A stretch of 63,326 nt of DNA, filler included, from Catajapyx aquilonaris (lineage: Eukaryota): NCBI GenBank assembly GCA_000934665.2. It is 3 parts of 3 records of this genome, joined end to end, with 100 filler letters (N's around TTAATTAATTAA, not from the genome) between each part and the next. Parts side by side here need not be neighbours in the genome. Positions count along the whole stretch, not along the records: positions 1 to 20,993 come from JYFJ02006154.1; 2 more parts are not named here. The stretch is one strand, 5' to 3'. A program made the translations under genes and the position numbers. This document shows, in pieces, positions 1-13,700 of the stretch. Positions within the stretch are counted from its first letter, which is position 1; each line of letters opens with the position of its first letter. A model generated the notes under the pieces. The model was given only the letters and a program-made list of their open reading frames with translations. It made no database searches and was not told the origin of the DNA.

Positions 1-3000
1 ACCCCCTCAACATTCCCCCTCCTTAATTACACTCTCTTGCGAATTTCCTGTGAGCATGCGGGGCCCTAGCTTTTCGCAGGTACAGGCTGCGGCACAAAAG
101 AAATACATGGGGCTAAGTTGACTCCTCCAGAGCGCTCCATAGGGTGTCAGCACCTTATCGCAGTATAGGCCTGAAAGCGCGCAACAACTGGGCCGACGGT
201 AAAGGTCAGCGATATTTCCGCGCCGATAGTCCTCCACCAATAATGACCCCATAGAACGTCTTATCAACGCCTTTTACACGGCACAATTGAAGGCTTCGGC
301 CAAATCTCTAATCCTCCTTTTTTTTTGTGGATGGGGCGGACCTGCTGGGTGGGAGGGGAATTTTATCACCGGACCGAAATGGCTTCAGGTCAGTTTATGC
401 TGGAGATATCCTCCATGTCATGCAACACCGATTGTTTTCCCCCCTCCCGACCCTTAAAAAAAATTCGGTTGACCTCGCTCAGTTGACTGCTTTTCCATCC
501 GAGGTTACGAATATCCGTCAAGAGCCCAGAGGAACCACTCAAGATTTTCCACCTGGACTTAATCCGCCCTCACGTCCATTTTCACGCCTTTGAAAGCACC
601 GCCTTTTCATTACAGGGTTAGTCGCAGGCTATTCCAGAGCTTCCCTGTAGCCGCTCATAATTACAGGTGCGCCCATGACAAGTATCCACCTCTCAACATT
701 TTTTGGGGGGGAGGACGGTTCCTCTCCAACGCGTTACCCCTCCCCCGATTTTAGTGAATTGTGGCCAATCTCGGCCATCACGCGCCACTGAGAAGTGAAA
801 ATGTCCCGCGTCCCTCTGCTGCTCCCACATATTTATAACCCGGCGGACAGATGGAATTTATCCATTCAGTCACAACTGGAACCCGGGCATACAGTCGGGC
901 CCCAAAGTGTGTCCACCCCCGGTCAAAAAGTGGCGTCACTAACAGCGATTAGCAGAACAAAAGCTGCCAAGATTTGCTGCCCCCGGATATCCCCCTCCAT
1001 CCCGGGGCTATCCATTTTCCCCAACTGGAAGATGAATCTGATGGCCATGCAGGAAAATCATCTGGTGTATGATGAAGCAGCGGAGAACCAGCACTCTTCC
1101 GTACTCCAGTTCAATGTCAGCGGACGTCAAGTGCGGCCAGCAGACACAAGGATGATTTAAGCTAATCGCCGCCCATCCTGCATAATTTTATCCCCTATTT
1201 TGTCTTCCAAATCGTTCTTCCTTGACTGATACATCACTTTCCAAAACGACTGTACGTACACTGGTTGGGGGGGAAAGTGGGTGGTGGTGGTTGGTAGGGT
1301 GGGGTAGGCTTAGGGGGAGGGTATCCGACGCCAAATGAGTTCTGCCAAATTTGCGAGCGGGGGCGATCCATTTACACCCATGCGTGTACTGGGGGGGTGG
1401 GAGAAGGGGGGGGGGGGGAGTGTGTGGTGGGAGCAGCAGCCGCCATATACCCTCCAACTCATCCCCCCCTCTCGGTCCAACCCCTGGTATATCCCTTGCA
1501 GCACAATCAAATCGGCGCTGCCCGACTGAATACGATGAAAGTGCTGCGGTTTCCGAAAGCCATTCGCACAAAATTCCGCCCAGATTTATCGCCATTCACT
1601 CGCGACATTCCTGGCAAATCGGCTGCGAACAGGCCTCGCTGTTCGCGCCTCGTTCACTTACTTCGGGCACGCACCTTTCCATTTCCCTCCCATAGGTGTG
1701 ACACAACCCGCATCGTCACATACCCGCAACAACCGATCGATTATTAACCGGACAATCTGGGGGGCACGGGGCACACAACAAGAACCCTACGAGCAGAAGG
1801 GAGTTGTCTCATTTTGACATTTGCGACGGGCGTCTTGTATGCAATGGGACAGCAGCTCCCCAGGAAAGGCCTATTCCCGCTCCCAAACGGCCGCGCAATC
1901 CGATTTCAGGAGGTACTTTTTTGCCAAAAATGGTGGAAATAACAGACCCATGGCGCAGTCAGGGGTCGCAAAACCGCGGCGGAGGTACATGATAAATTCT
2001 GGGAATGAACATACCACCTCCGGGCTTGTTAGCTCCCCCCTAGTTTTCAATGCCTGAATTATATCTTGGGGAGAAGAAAAGGATAGTTCTGGAGAAGGAA
2101 AGTTCTTTCTATCTCCCCCAGCAGCTCCAGCAAGTATAACCTCTTCAGGCTTTTTGAAAAGAGTTGGGGGTGGCTGTGGCTGGGGTTTGTTGCACAATGG
2201 CCTCCGAAGTCAAGGCTTCTAATCCCCTGGGCTCCGTGGCCTCAAAGGGCCCGCTTATGGCCTCTCTCACACCTGCCTCATGCTCCAAAAAGACCGCCTG
2301 CCGCTCGCCTTTCTCACCGTTGCCAATTCGGATAGGTCGCATTCCTCCGATTAGCACTTCAGGACAGACCTCGTAAGACCTTGACCATTCGGAGACCACC
2401 AGTCTGATCTTGTCAGTCTTATGGGAAAAGGAGGGAGGAGGGGGATCGTCTTGCGGTTTTCTGTCTGGTTTGGCAGCCTAGGGTGTGGCCACCGCCCCTT
2501 ACTCCGGGCTCTAATCCCGTCAATCCGATTAACGTGGGATTACAAGGAGACTCGGTTTCCTCTCAAGTCGTCGAGGGGACCACCATTTCCCAGCTCTTCA
2601 TGCTTTGCGTCAATTAAACTCTGGAGGGCCCCCTGCTACGAGCAGGCTGGCAATGTAGTTATTGCCCGCACCATTGTTGCGTCATCCAAGCTCGGGAGGA
2701 AAAAAGGTGTCCCTCATAACCGATCCGGCCTGAATAGGTGTTGCCAACTATCGACGCTGACCCTCCAATACCACACACGACGATCATCATCATTCCCCAC
2801 CGCACCTCCACCCCCTCCCTAACCCACCGAACCGGCCCTTCCCAACCAACTAATTTGCCCTCCCAGCAACTATTTCCCACGCCTCCAAATTGGAAATTCC
2901 CGCCTCCGGAACAATCCCAACCCTTTCAACAATGTTGCAGCCAGGGGGTGGTGTTGGATGGAAGTTAGGGGTGGAGGGTGGGGGGGGGAGAGGGGGAGGA

Positions 3001-6000
3001 CGGTGGTAGCGGAAATGGCTGTCAATATGGCCGCTTGAAACGACTTCATTCAGGCGGGGTCCCAACCTACCGCCTCCCTTCAATATCGATTCAGGGGGCA
3101 GGAGGTGGGCTGGGAGGGGGTGAAGGAAATAGGGTGGGGGGGGGAGAGGTTTGGACATTTTACGTTCGGCTCGTAGTAATAAAGCAACAATGGGCGTTGC
3201 TTTCGGCATTTTGCTCGTAGTACGCGACGTGCTCGGTGGAGTTGGATACTTTGGGGGTTAAGGTTAGAAAGTTGCATTCAGAGAAAACTTCTCCGTTTGT
3301 TTCCAAACACGGTCGCCATCTTGGGTGCTTCTCAATACCCTCCGCCCTTCTCTCGATCTTGGGGTTACTCTGAATGGTGATATTTACATGGCAACACAGC
3401 GCTCCACCCGCATTGATCTCCCCCCTCCCCATCACCTCTACTCCACAACTTCCCCCTATGCCTCCCACCCTAGGCCACCCAAACGCCTTCCCCCACATTT
3501 TCCCAGCCAGCAGCCAAACAGGGTCATTAAATACCTACTCACCCCGGCACAACACCCCCCAAAAAAAGATTCAAAAGAAAGCCATATTCCACATTAGCAA
3601 TGAAACCACGGTGTCCAACCGAGTTCTCTTGAAGCGTACAGGAGTGAGAAGTCCTAGGGGTAGGGGGGCGGGGGCAGGTGCCATGTATTATTTATACCGC
3701 CAAATTAGCATACGATATTTCCTGTCCGAAGCTTCTGGAATGGGCTCCTAATAATGCATTAGCATCCGGGCTGAACCTCTCCACACGGCGCAGGCAAACG
3801 CCTCTGCTTTGTCTTTTGACTAGATTCTATTATTCAAGAGACACTGCTCCCAGCAGCAAGGAAATCTTTCCTGGCTCCGTCTAATCCGTTCACTAATTCC
3901 TAATGGTGCACGCTCATTAAACTGTATAGATTTACCCCAGATCATATTTACTCGTACGCCTGTGTGAATTTCCAGATAGGAACACTGTACACACCACATT
4001 GTTTGCGCCAAACTCTCATGAAAATTCATAGCATTTATAGGGCCCCCTTTCAATTCCGGGGCCCTCCCCAAATGACACCTGGAAAACTAGCACCTGTACT
4101 CATTTCCTAACACCTTTCGCACCACTCTCTCTCTCTATTCACTTCCCGCCCGTGGAATCCCCGAGGCACAACCCGTTTGGCTCCACTTATGCAAACGAGT
4201 CAGTACTATAGTGGTTATGGGGATGAGGGTAGGGAGGGGGTATGAAGGATCAAAGTGGTTGTGAGGAGGGAAAAGCAGTAGTGCATCTCTCTCCATATCC
4301 CAAATCGAACACTCCCTCCCCTCCATATCGCTCCTCAAATTGTTTTCCAGATAACATTCCGACAGATACATTGCACTGCTCACCGATTCATTAGGCGGAA
4401 TTCTCGGAAACGAGGAGCCGCTGCTTAGATCGATCCTCCAATAAACACGTTCGCTTCAGCCAAACCTGCGGCTCGATATCGGAACATCAACGCTGCGCAA
4501 CTATGCTCCAGCAATATCTCCACTGCCTTGTGGTGTGCGTTTGCAATTGCTCGATCAGTTCAGGAAAAAAACAAAAAAACAGTTGCACTAAATGCGTTAT
4601 TACACGCACCGCAAAGCCAAGTTCTACCCAAACTATAATTCATTTTGTTTCAAATGGCAGCGGTGACATTACTGCAGAAAAAAGAGGTACCCCGCCACTT
4701 TCTGAATTCCAGTCCATTATGAAAGCGTCCCAGGCTTTTATCCCGCAGTGCGTATCACCATGGATCATCATACCAAAGTGAAAAACAAAATGACTACTGT
4801 GGAACGAGGCGAGGCAAAACTGTCATTTACTTCCTAAAACCTCCCCACCCCCATCCCCAAACCGTAAGGGTGTCATCACCCACTCTTCATTTACGCTGTC
4901 GTTGCTCCATTTCCATAAAATTGGTGCGCCCGAATGCACTTGCCTTTCCGTCACGCATAAAACGCCAACTTTGAACCGCCGCTGATGGCCGAATTAAACC
5001 CCAATTATCTTGCCGGCATACTCTATTACTCCAGCGTCCATTGCATGCCACCCCAAATAAAACTTATGACCCGGAGAGGGGAGGAAGGCAAATCTGGACA
5101 CATACCCGGAGTGTTCCCTCATTTCCGGGACATCACTCCTTGATCCGCAATTCCGGAGACTAGCTCCTGACTCAGAAAACTTTCAAGGGGGGAGTAGCTG
5201 AAATATGGAAGCAGTTAGATAAATTATACATGGAGCTTATGCAAAAGGAGGTGGAAGGGGGGTTCAAAAGAACAAAGGCGCCCAGGAGACTTGAGTTGGA
5301 GGCGCCACATGCCTAAGCAAACACTTTAACGTCTTTGTGCATACCTACTTAAAAGGCCTGCCGAAAGAAAACTTGCTCAAAGGACGGCAGGAATAATCGA
5401 TGCAAATCGAGTGATGCACCATTGTAGCAGGTCGTCTTAAAATGTAGGGCACGTCTGATTTCCCCCTACCCCCAGGACTCCGAACGCATATTTTAACCAT
5501 GTCAGAAGGTGTCTATTTTAGTGCATTTTAGTAAATAGCAAAAATTTCGGATGTGTACGAGCTGCAAAATTCAGGCTCTTTGCCGGGAAAAGACAGTCCT
5601 TGTCGTATGAATGGCGTCGAGCAAGGCCCGAAGAAAAGCTTGTCGCCTCTGTTTACATACATGTGTCCCGGTGAATTACCTGTACTTTTTATTTTTATCC
5701 CAAGTATGGCAGAAATGTTGTGTTCAACTATCATCCCCCACGAATAATCCATGTCCCATGCAAACGCTTGACATTTTTTTCCCCCTCCCTCGTTACAAAC
5801 GCAATAGCGCGCATTATTTTTAAGACCATGCATGATTCAACCAGAGTGAAGACCATACCCGGAACAAAGTTTATCACCGAACCTATCCAAGCATTCTTGC
5901 AATTCCCATTCTTAATAATAACGTCGCAGGCTGGGCCACGACAAATCCAATCCATTTCATATTCCCCCCACCCATTTACAAAACTATAGCCTACTCACTA

Positions 6001-9000
6001 GGGCAGCCAATCTAATTAATAATAGAGGTCCTCCTATATAGGCCGGGCTTTACGTTACAGGTGACTGGTCTCCCCTCGTCCTTTTTTCCCCCCGCGGTCT
6101 TCTTCCCAACCCAACGGGGTAAGGTTTCGGAGCCCCCAGCGCCATAAATAATTGACCAAGCTTATGACTGACATCACTGGGGTCGCCTCCATTAGACCCC
6201 TTCCTTCCCCCGCAAGCTCCTCTGAAATATTTATGGCGTGTCATACGGAGAAAATTTTCCGGCCTCGTGGGGGGAGGGAGGGAGAGGGGAGGAAAGGGGA
6301 AGAGAAAAGCCAGGAGACGGAGAAGGCATTTTTTTGTGTGTGTCTGTATACGGCTTTAAAGGTAACCTGGGGAGTAGACAACTACTGGCCTTATTATGGG
6401 ACGGCCACAAAATTTTCTGCCATTTCAATCAGCCATAAAGTGCATCAGGCACATACAGCCACAAATACATAGCGGCGGGCACAAGAAAAGGCCAACTTTT
6501 TTCGACAGCCGGTCCATCAAAGCGGAAAGCGCCGGCAGAGCAAGCGAACCCCCACTGCTGTACGTGCGCAAAAATAACGTACCGCCAGTGCAAAGTTCAA
6601 AGGAACAAGGGTATGCATGCTCATCCAATATTCCCAGTAGGCAGGAAGATTGGGCCAGTGGCTGTGTAATTACAAATACCAGGGCTGGGGTCCCCTGCTC
6701 ATGTTAAATCCCACACATACACACACAGGCCTTCTTGGCCACATTGGTTCGTTCAGCTGGTGTTGACACAGAACAACTACTAGTCCTGGGGCTGCTGGGA
6801 GGGGGGTTGGTAAAAATTTCTGCAGGAGCTGGCAGAAGAGGCCCCTCAGTCGATAATTACCGACACTGCTTTTCCCACTTCAGTCACGCGGAATGCCTGA
6901 TAGGCCCTTCATTAGCGGGGTGGAAAACCCAAAAATGGAGAAAATTTCTCCGCAGATATTGTTACGGAAGCCTCAGCCAATTTAGCCCCTCTGGAGATTT
7001 TGGGGTCGCGACTTCAGACACACCAGCGTCATGTTGACTGCAATAATTTCGGGGTCCAAACCGCCATTAACATTTAATATTTTCTGTATGCAAACAGCAA
7101 CTCCTAGGGCACCCCGGAGAGGGGTCCGCCATGCTATCCCTACTAAAATATATACGTGAGGCGGAAAAAAAATGGGAACAAGAGGACTAGAAAAAAAATT
7201 AGCATCCTTCCCCAGGGTGGGAGGCTGTGTTTGGCAGAGTTGGCCTCAAGAGACACGCGAAAAAAAAGAGGCACCAAGGAGGGGAGGGGGGGATCCCTTG
7301 CATTTTTCTTATTCCCGCGACACCCAACGCTTCTGCTGCTTTTGTACATGAAGTCTGCATTTTTATAACGCATTCCTAGGTGCAGGCGAGCGGAAGAGAG
7401 AAAAGGAAGCTGGGGGCCGGTTGGCAGCTTCAGCCAAGTGTGCGTGATGGCTGGGAATTGCCATTCCTGGGCCCAACTGGTGTTCCCGTCGGGAACTTAT
7501 TTTCGCCCGCCTGCCCGCCCCCAACCTATTTTCTTCTTCCCAACCCCCCTCATTTTTTTCCCCTCCCTTCCCGATAACATCTAAATTGCAATGCTAATAT
7601 CGGCGGCTCGGTTGTTAAGGGGGTTGACCTCCCCACCCTGCTGCTGAAGACACCGCTGATAACCCCCCCGCTAAAAAAAATAATTTAAGACCACGCATAA
7701 AATTTTTCTGGACACTGCCAACCCCAAGGTATAGGTGAAGAAGGCGGCGGGGGTGGGTATGGGATGTAGTGGTGGGTTGGTGGCTCCCGCCCCCAAAACG
7801 AGCCTTTCGCGTGCCCTAGCTCGCAGCGTGTCGCTCCGCCATGGGAACCACGTCCATCGCGCTAAGAGAAACGGCGCTAATCAGGCCGCCTGAAAAGAAT
7901 ACCACGCAGTCCGACCAGCGGAGAAGGATTACTGCACCCTGCCCCAAATTACCTGGCCGATTCCTGCTACCACCGGTCACACACAAACCTATAGCGAATT
8001 GAGCCTGATCGAATAGCGCAACCCTGTAATTAATTATATTCGATATGCTGAAAAACTACATGTTCTTATTCCAGGAAAGCATTAAAAAGTCAGCCTTATC
8101 TGGTACTTTTAGCGCATGCATGTCGGACTGACAAATGCCACTACGGAGTTGGGCTTTGTGACATGTCAAAAAGCAGGACTTTTGGCCCTAGGTTGTATTC
8201 TCTCGGGGTCATATAGCATCCAGCGAAAAAGCGGAGACCGCTAACAACAACTCCAGGACCAAGACTGCATCACGCACTCCCTCCCCGCGAAATGTGCTTG
8301 AAAATAAAGCCGTGTGATGCACAACAAAACGTGTGCATTTCCGCGGAATAATTCATGACGGGGCCTGCAATTATTCATGGCTAGAGAAGATATCACAGGG
8401 GGGTGGGTGGGTGGGTGGGGAGAGGGGGTGGGAAGGTAGAAAGAGCAGACAGGACTTGCGTCTAGAGTGCTTCTGTTGTACCCCATGAGAACAACATACA
8501 CAAAACAAACTGTTTTTTCGTGAAACCTGTTCTGTCAGCGCTGTTGTAATATGACGTCTTTTTTATTTAAGAGGAATAAAATATGAAAAGCACTTCGCCG
8601 AGGCCAGTTCTCACCGTCGCTGTGCATGTTTCCAACATTACCTTGCAAGCATATTTGAATTGAAGACTTGATTTACAACAATGTAATATATCAGCAGGTT
8701 TGAAAACTGCATATGGAAATTTGACCAAATTAAAATTTCGAATTTTTGAAAAAAAATAATTAAGATTCATTGAACCTTGCTGAATTATGGCCCACACTTT
8801 TAAGGAAAGTCATTAGGCAGTGATCTCGCATTTGCCAAGTTTCGCATAAACAACGCACGGGACCAGGTGCAATAATTTTACCCTAGCCAAAATTAACAAA
8901 CTATTGACATTTATGGGACCTTACGGACCCGACTCTTTTCATGGCCCTTTTTTACGCCCTTTTTTCGAAGCAAGTTCTCTGGGTTAGACTTGTGCATGAC

Positions 9001-10461
9001 AGGCAGGTAGAAAGTCGTGGCCCCCGTCGCCTCCAGGTCCCCTCTCCAGACCCCAAAATTCAGACATCAAGCTGGTTATGGATGTCATAATTCGTGTAGT
9101 TTATAGGTGCTGAATGTCACGAGGACCATTAGAAAGCTTATCTAGGAAAAGGGAATTCGGAGGTTACTCCGGGCGGCAGCTTGTGCACCTGATATTTATT
9201 TGCTCGGACTCTGAGAACTACGGCCAAGGTTATGAGTCTGAAAATGGGTGGGGAGCTCAACCATTTATATATTTTTTTTCTAGCCAGTTCCAGACAAATC
9301 CTGTACAGTACAGGGTGCAAATATGGCAGCGAGCGCTCACTACCGCTACCTTTCGCAGCCAGCCTGAACTAATAGTTCTCTCTCTCTCATGCAAGATTCA
9401 TTGGATTCTCCTGGAAGCGTCGGCGTCTTCGAGAGAGAGCGAGAGAAGGACGGGCGCCGGCCTCCTCCGCTTTCTGCTAATCTGAGACGCCGACGATCCT
9501 GGAGTCCCTGGAAATATATGGCCAGCTAGGAGGATATAGAGGAAGGAAAAGCTACCAGCATCCTAGGGCCTGGATTTGCCAATTTCAGTTCCATTTGCAC
9601 TCAAGCCTTGGGCCCATTTTTTTCTGCACGCGCGACGCGGGGGCTTCAAGTATCATAATTACCAACCACGTTTTTTTTTTTTTGTGCAACCCGCTCGTCG
9701 CATCCAGCACCATAAATTATACATAAAAATTAGCACGCAATCAAATCCGATTATGGTATAATTACAATGTATGTACGTTTATGAGTACTAATTACTTTTC
9801 TCGTCATGAACATAAATTACGAGGATTGACATGTTTGGGGTGCTCTTAATCGGAAGCGATTGGATTCAATTAATTGGTGGGGGAGCCATAAAAATTAGCC
9901 CGCGGTTGGTGTGTGCACATTCTAACGGAGGTCTCGGCCATCCCTGCGATATTACAAGCCCATGATGTTCGGTCAAGCTTCGGCCCGAATCGCAATCAAC
10001 ATAGTTGGCCTGTGAAAGCGAACCGGCCTCAAACTCATTCTGCAAGTTTCAGGTCGACTCCCAAAATATTTTGCATTGTTGGATAATCCGCCACTCATCT
10101 GTTTTAATCGAAACAGCAATTAGTAGCAGCTCAGTCAGCGGCAATAATGAACTTAAATCCTCGCTTAGGGGCCCGGGTTGGGGCTGTAACCGCGGATTTA
10201 ACATCAGTTAGCGCCGATCATCATAAAACGCAAAGCCACTTTCTTGCTACCATTTCTATTATCCCCAGCGACACCTTCCCTCTCCTAATATAGGCCTTTC
10301 CCCTGGCCTACCCTTTCATCTGGGGCCAATCCCCCGCAACTGATTAGGGCCCAGACACGTCTCCTGGCCACTGGATATCTTAATCAGGCGAAAATAAAGG
10401 TCCATCCTTGATGATACGCCTTGTCCCCATTCATTATTTCCCGGCATGGCTGCCAACTGAC

Positions 10462-10712
10462 CTGTTCGTATTTCTCCAGCTCCTGGTGGTATATCTGCCG
10501 GATTTGGGCTAACTTGGCGCGGTAGTCCGAGTGCTCGATGGCGTTGTCCGGCTGTCCCGGTCCTGCCGAGGCCGCTGCGGACGCGTTGGCCGCTGCCCCC
10601 GCACCTCCGCCCTTCTCAGGTCCCGCGACTCCTTCGGCGATCAGCATGTTGTCCAGCCGCATCAGCTGTGGGTCCGGAGGCTCTTCCTCTTGTGTGTTTC
10701 GCAAGCTGAGGA
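10462..10712 (-). CDS. exd: Extradenticle/PBX TALE homeobox gene, internal exon (PBC domain; equivalent to vertebrate PBX1 exon 3). Other exons not found in the window.
   Basis: Translates (V)[83 protein letters not shown], the PBC-A/B region of PBX/Exd. Minus-strand acceptor ctctctgtag| (AG at 10713-10714, phase 1) and donor CAG|gtcagt (GT at 10460-10461, phase 0) match the conserved PBX boundaries (EKT-V / EKYEQ-ACNEF). Confidence 0.95.
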
Positions 10713-13700
10713 CTACAGAGAGAACGCACATTAGCACACATGCAGGTAATATCAGGAACCGTAATTGAATGTAGAGCACACTGCCCGGGGATAGGGCGCA
10801 AAATTTCATTTCATTACATTACCGTGATTACAGATTGTGGTCACACGCGGTCCCCACATAAAAAGAGCCTTTCCCTTCCATTCCCCACATAAATCACAAC
10901 ACCAGCTTGCGTTTGGAAAAAAATATGTATTTACATCATTTACAACCGATTTTTACGTCAATATGTTGTTGGCACAAAGGGCAACAACATCCATCACGAA
11001 AGGGCAAGGCTCACGGCCGTCCCATGTTTTTTTTGTTTTTTGTTTTTTGTACGTACACCTCAGTGGAGACATCCACCTGTGCGCGTCCAAACGTCTGGCA
11101 GGGACAATCACGCACGAGCGACGTGACACTTACTTGGAAGGAACAGAGCACGCAAAAAAATGGTATGATAAAATAAAATAAAATAGGGGGGAGAACTAGC
11201 GAGAAATAAGTGGGCGCCCCCCCCCCCAAAAAAAAATCCATTGTGCCCGAACACCGTAAGAAAAAGAGGCGGACACGAATCGGACGGGCGTGCAAGATGC
11301 TTGACAAATTCCGATACCAAGGCAATACATCACGTGCAAAGCAAAAATCACACCCACTGACAACGGTGTACACTCTTCCATTCTTTGCCCTATGATCTTG
11401 GACCACTCCTAGCTATTTTCATCCAGAAAATCGACAGTATGGGACAAGGAAACAATTAGAAAAAGAAAAAAAAAACCAGTGACGTATGGACTATTGGAAT
11501 TGGTCTGGTGCTATTAGAGCCCCCCCTGTGAGAGGAATGTGGGAATTAGGCATGCCGCAGCGACGCCTGGCATGGAAGCATGGAAGAACTAGCCAGGCAA
11601 GCTAGCAAAGGCAAGCAGAGGCCTCCCCGATGCCGACTCCCATTTCCTTGATGGAGAAAGTTTGGGGCTCAGAGGAGCGTTGTCGCTTGATAGCGCGGAA
11701 GGGGAAGAGACGAGAAGGGAAGGAGCACACAAGACCCAGGGATTTCTACAGAAGGGGAGGGGGGGAGGCTTCCAACAGAGCCCCGCCCTAGAGATGCCGA
11801 ATCTCTCCCATGGCCCCTCTCTCTGCCTCTCTTGGTCCAGGAATATGTTAAAAAGGCTACCCCCTTCATCGGGCTCCCCCGAGAGCCATTTCTCTCCCTC
11901 TTTATTCGCTCTAATGTCTTTTGTAATGTCTTGGGAGCCCATTAAAATTTCTTGTCCACTGGCGCCGCGCTCCAAATCCGTTGCCACTAGAAAGATACGG
12001 CGGGGCCCCCCCCCCCCCCCCCCCCAAAAAAAAATGTGTAGGAGTGTAGGAGATGCCAACTTGTCAACCTTCATCTCGGGAACTCCAAAAGTGCTCCCAG
12101 GGAGAGAATTTTCGTCTGTCACTTGCCCCGTTATTACATCGGGATGCGCCACAAGGTTCGCCGCTGAATTATTACGTCATGCGTCAAGGAAGCGCACCTT
12201 TCTTGGGTGTATCCCTCCATCCTCTCGAAAGGCTTCAATTTAAACCCTGGAGGATGATACCCAAGATCTAATTCTAGGGGGGAAACTACTGCGCCATGTC
12301 TGCTTATTGATCGAGTTTCGAATCAGATGCTTATAGCTCTCTTGCCTTACAGCTTAGTAACGGATTAGAGATTCCTTCCGGACCTCTGGAAGGGGAGGGC
12401 ACCAGAGATGTAAATTCTGAATCGCAAATCCCCAGATGTGAAACAAACTTTGCAACAGACACCATATCTAACGCTCCAAAACTCGCACTACTTGCAGACT
12501 TTTTGGCTTTTTTAATATAAAAAAGTAGGCTGCTTCCAATGTGTAAATTCGCCGACTCGACTAAAATTATGCCTGGAAAAGTTTTCTTGAAAAAAGTCAG
12601 TTTCAGCTTAGTGCATCTGAAAAATTCTGGGTATATCTGTCAAATTCCAGAAGGAATCGTAAAACAGGTTTTTCAAAAAGGTCTGTGTGAGACATTACCA
12701 TATTAATTTGCCTTCATACAACAGCTGCTCAATTTTTTAAGGTAGACGAAATGTCAAACCTGCCTATACCTTCCAGTACATGCTCGGCGGTTTAATGAAT
12801 TTTTAAAACCTACTGTACACTCCCCATAGATCTATCCAGCCTATAGATGACCGATATAGCCTACAGTATGGTCCTCTTGATACTATACAGGGAAGAAAGT
12901 CTCTGAATAGCAGGCACGACAGGCTACGAACCCCATTCAAGCCACCCCCATCTGAAATTCCCTTATGCGCAGGCGGGCATCTTTTGCTCCATGACTGACA
13001 AGTACGACATGAAACAATTTGCATTTTAGTGACTCCAGATGATCAATTATCTCCCTTAAGTTCCAGTGACAGCTCCTTAAGTAGGAATCCCTGCCTCAGG
13101 GGCTGGGTTTGTGGCTCTGGCAAACGGAGGAAAGATGGGGGATAGAAGAAGGAGAAGATACTGCTTGTTGCTTAGGCTCGTAAAAGGAGTTGAAGGCCCC
13201 ACACGGAGTTGCACCAGGCGCAGAATGAAATGAGTCTTGAGTGGCAGCAGACTATTTTGCGTCCTTTGTGCCAGTCTTAAGCAGCCAGCAGGAAACGTCA
13301 TAAATGGCCAAGAGGGAAGCGTATATTCTAAGGAGGGCATCATCCCTTTAAAGCCACGTGCGCAATATTATTTACGCCCGTCTTTTAAGTGACGCAAATA
13401 AGCACCTGCTCTGTACCACAGGGTGCAAAATATATAACATGGTGCAGTATACGCGTTTGGTCCCCCTTGGCTTGTAAGGAAGCTCTCATGTGTTCATAAA
13501 AGGCTCATCCTCCAAGGGATTCGAATAGGCCTAGTGAAGTGGCGCAGCGAGTGATGCTCATTTGTCACCACGGCCCCATTTGGCACCAGTGCCACGATGA
13601 TAGCCATATTTCTTCCTCCTCCTCCTTTTACCCAAACTCTTCTCCCCCCATATAGCCTCCTCCTCCCACCCAGTTTTTGCCTCTATCTTAGAGATGGGCT

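Noticed and set aside
2940..3150. G-run tracts with quadruplex potential (also ~1270-1430, 39835-39875)
   Set aside because: G/C homopolymer runs are scattered throughout this sequence; nothing singles these out as functional.
7..10380. Dozens of 60-135 aa ORFs in the exd introns (also 10837-20642)
   Set aside because: No domain similarity, overlapping in all frames, biased by G/C homopolymers, and no exon logic. I could not find the flanking PBX exons (HRMKPALF..., ACNEFTTHV...) here.
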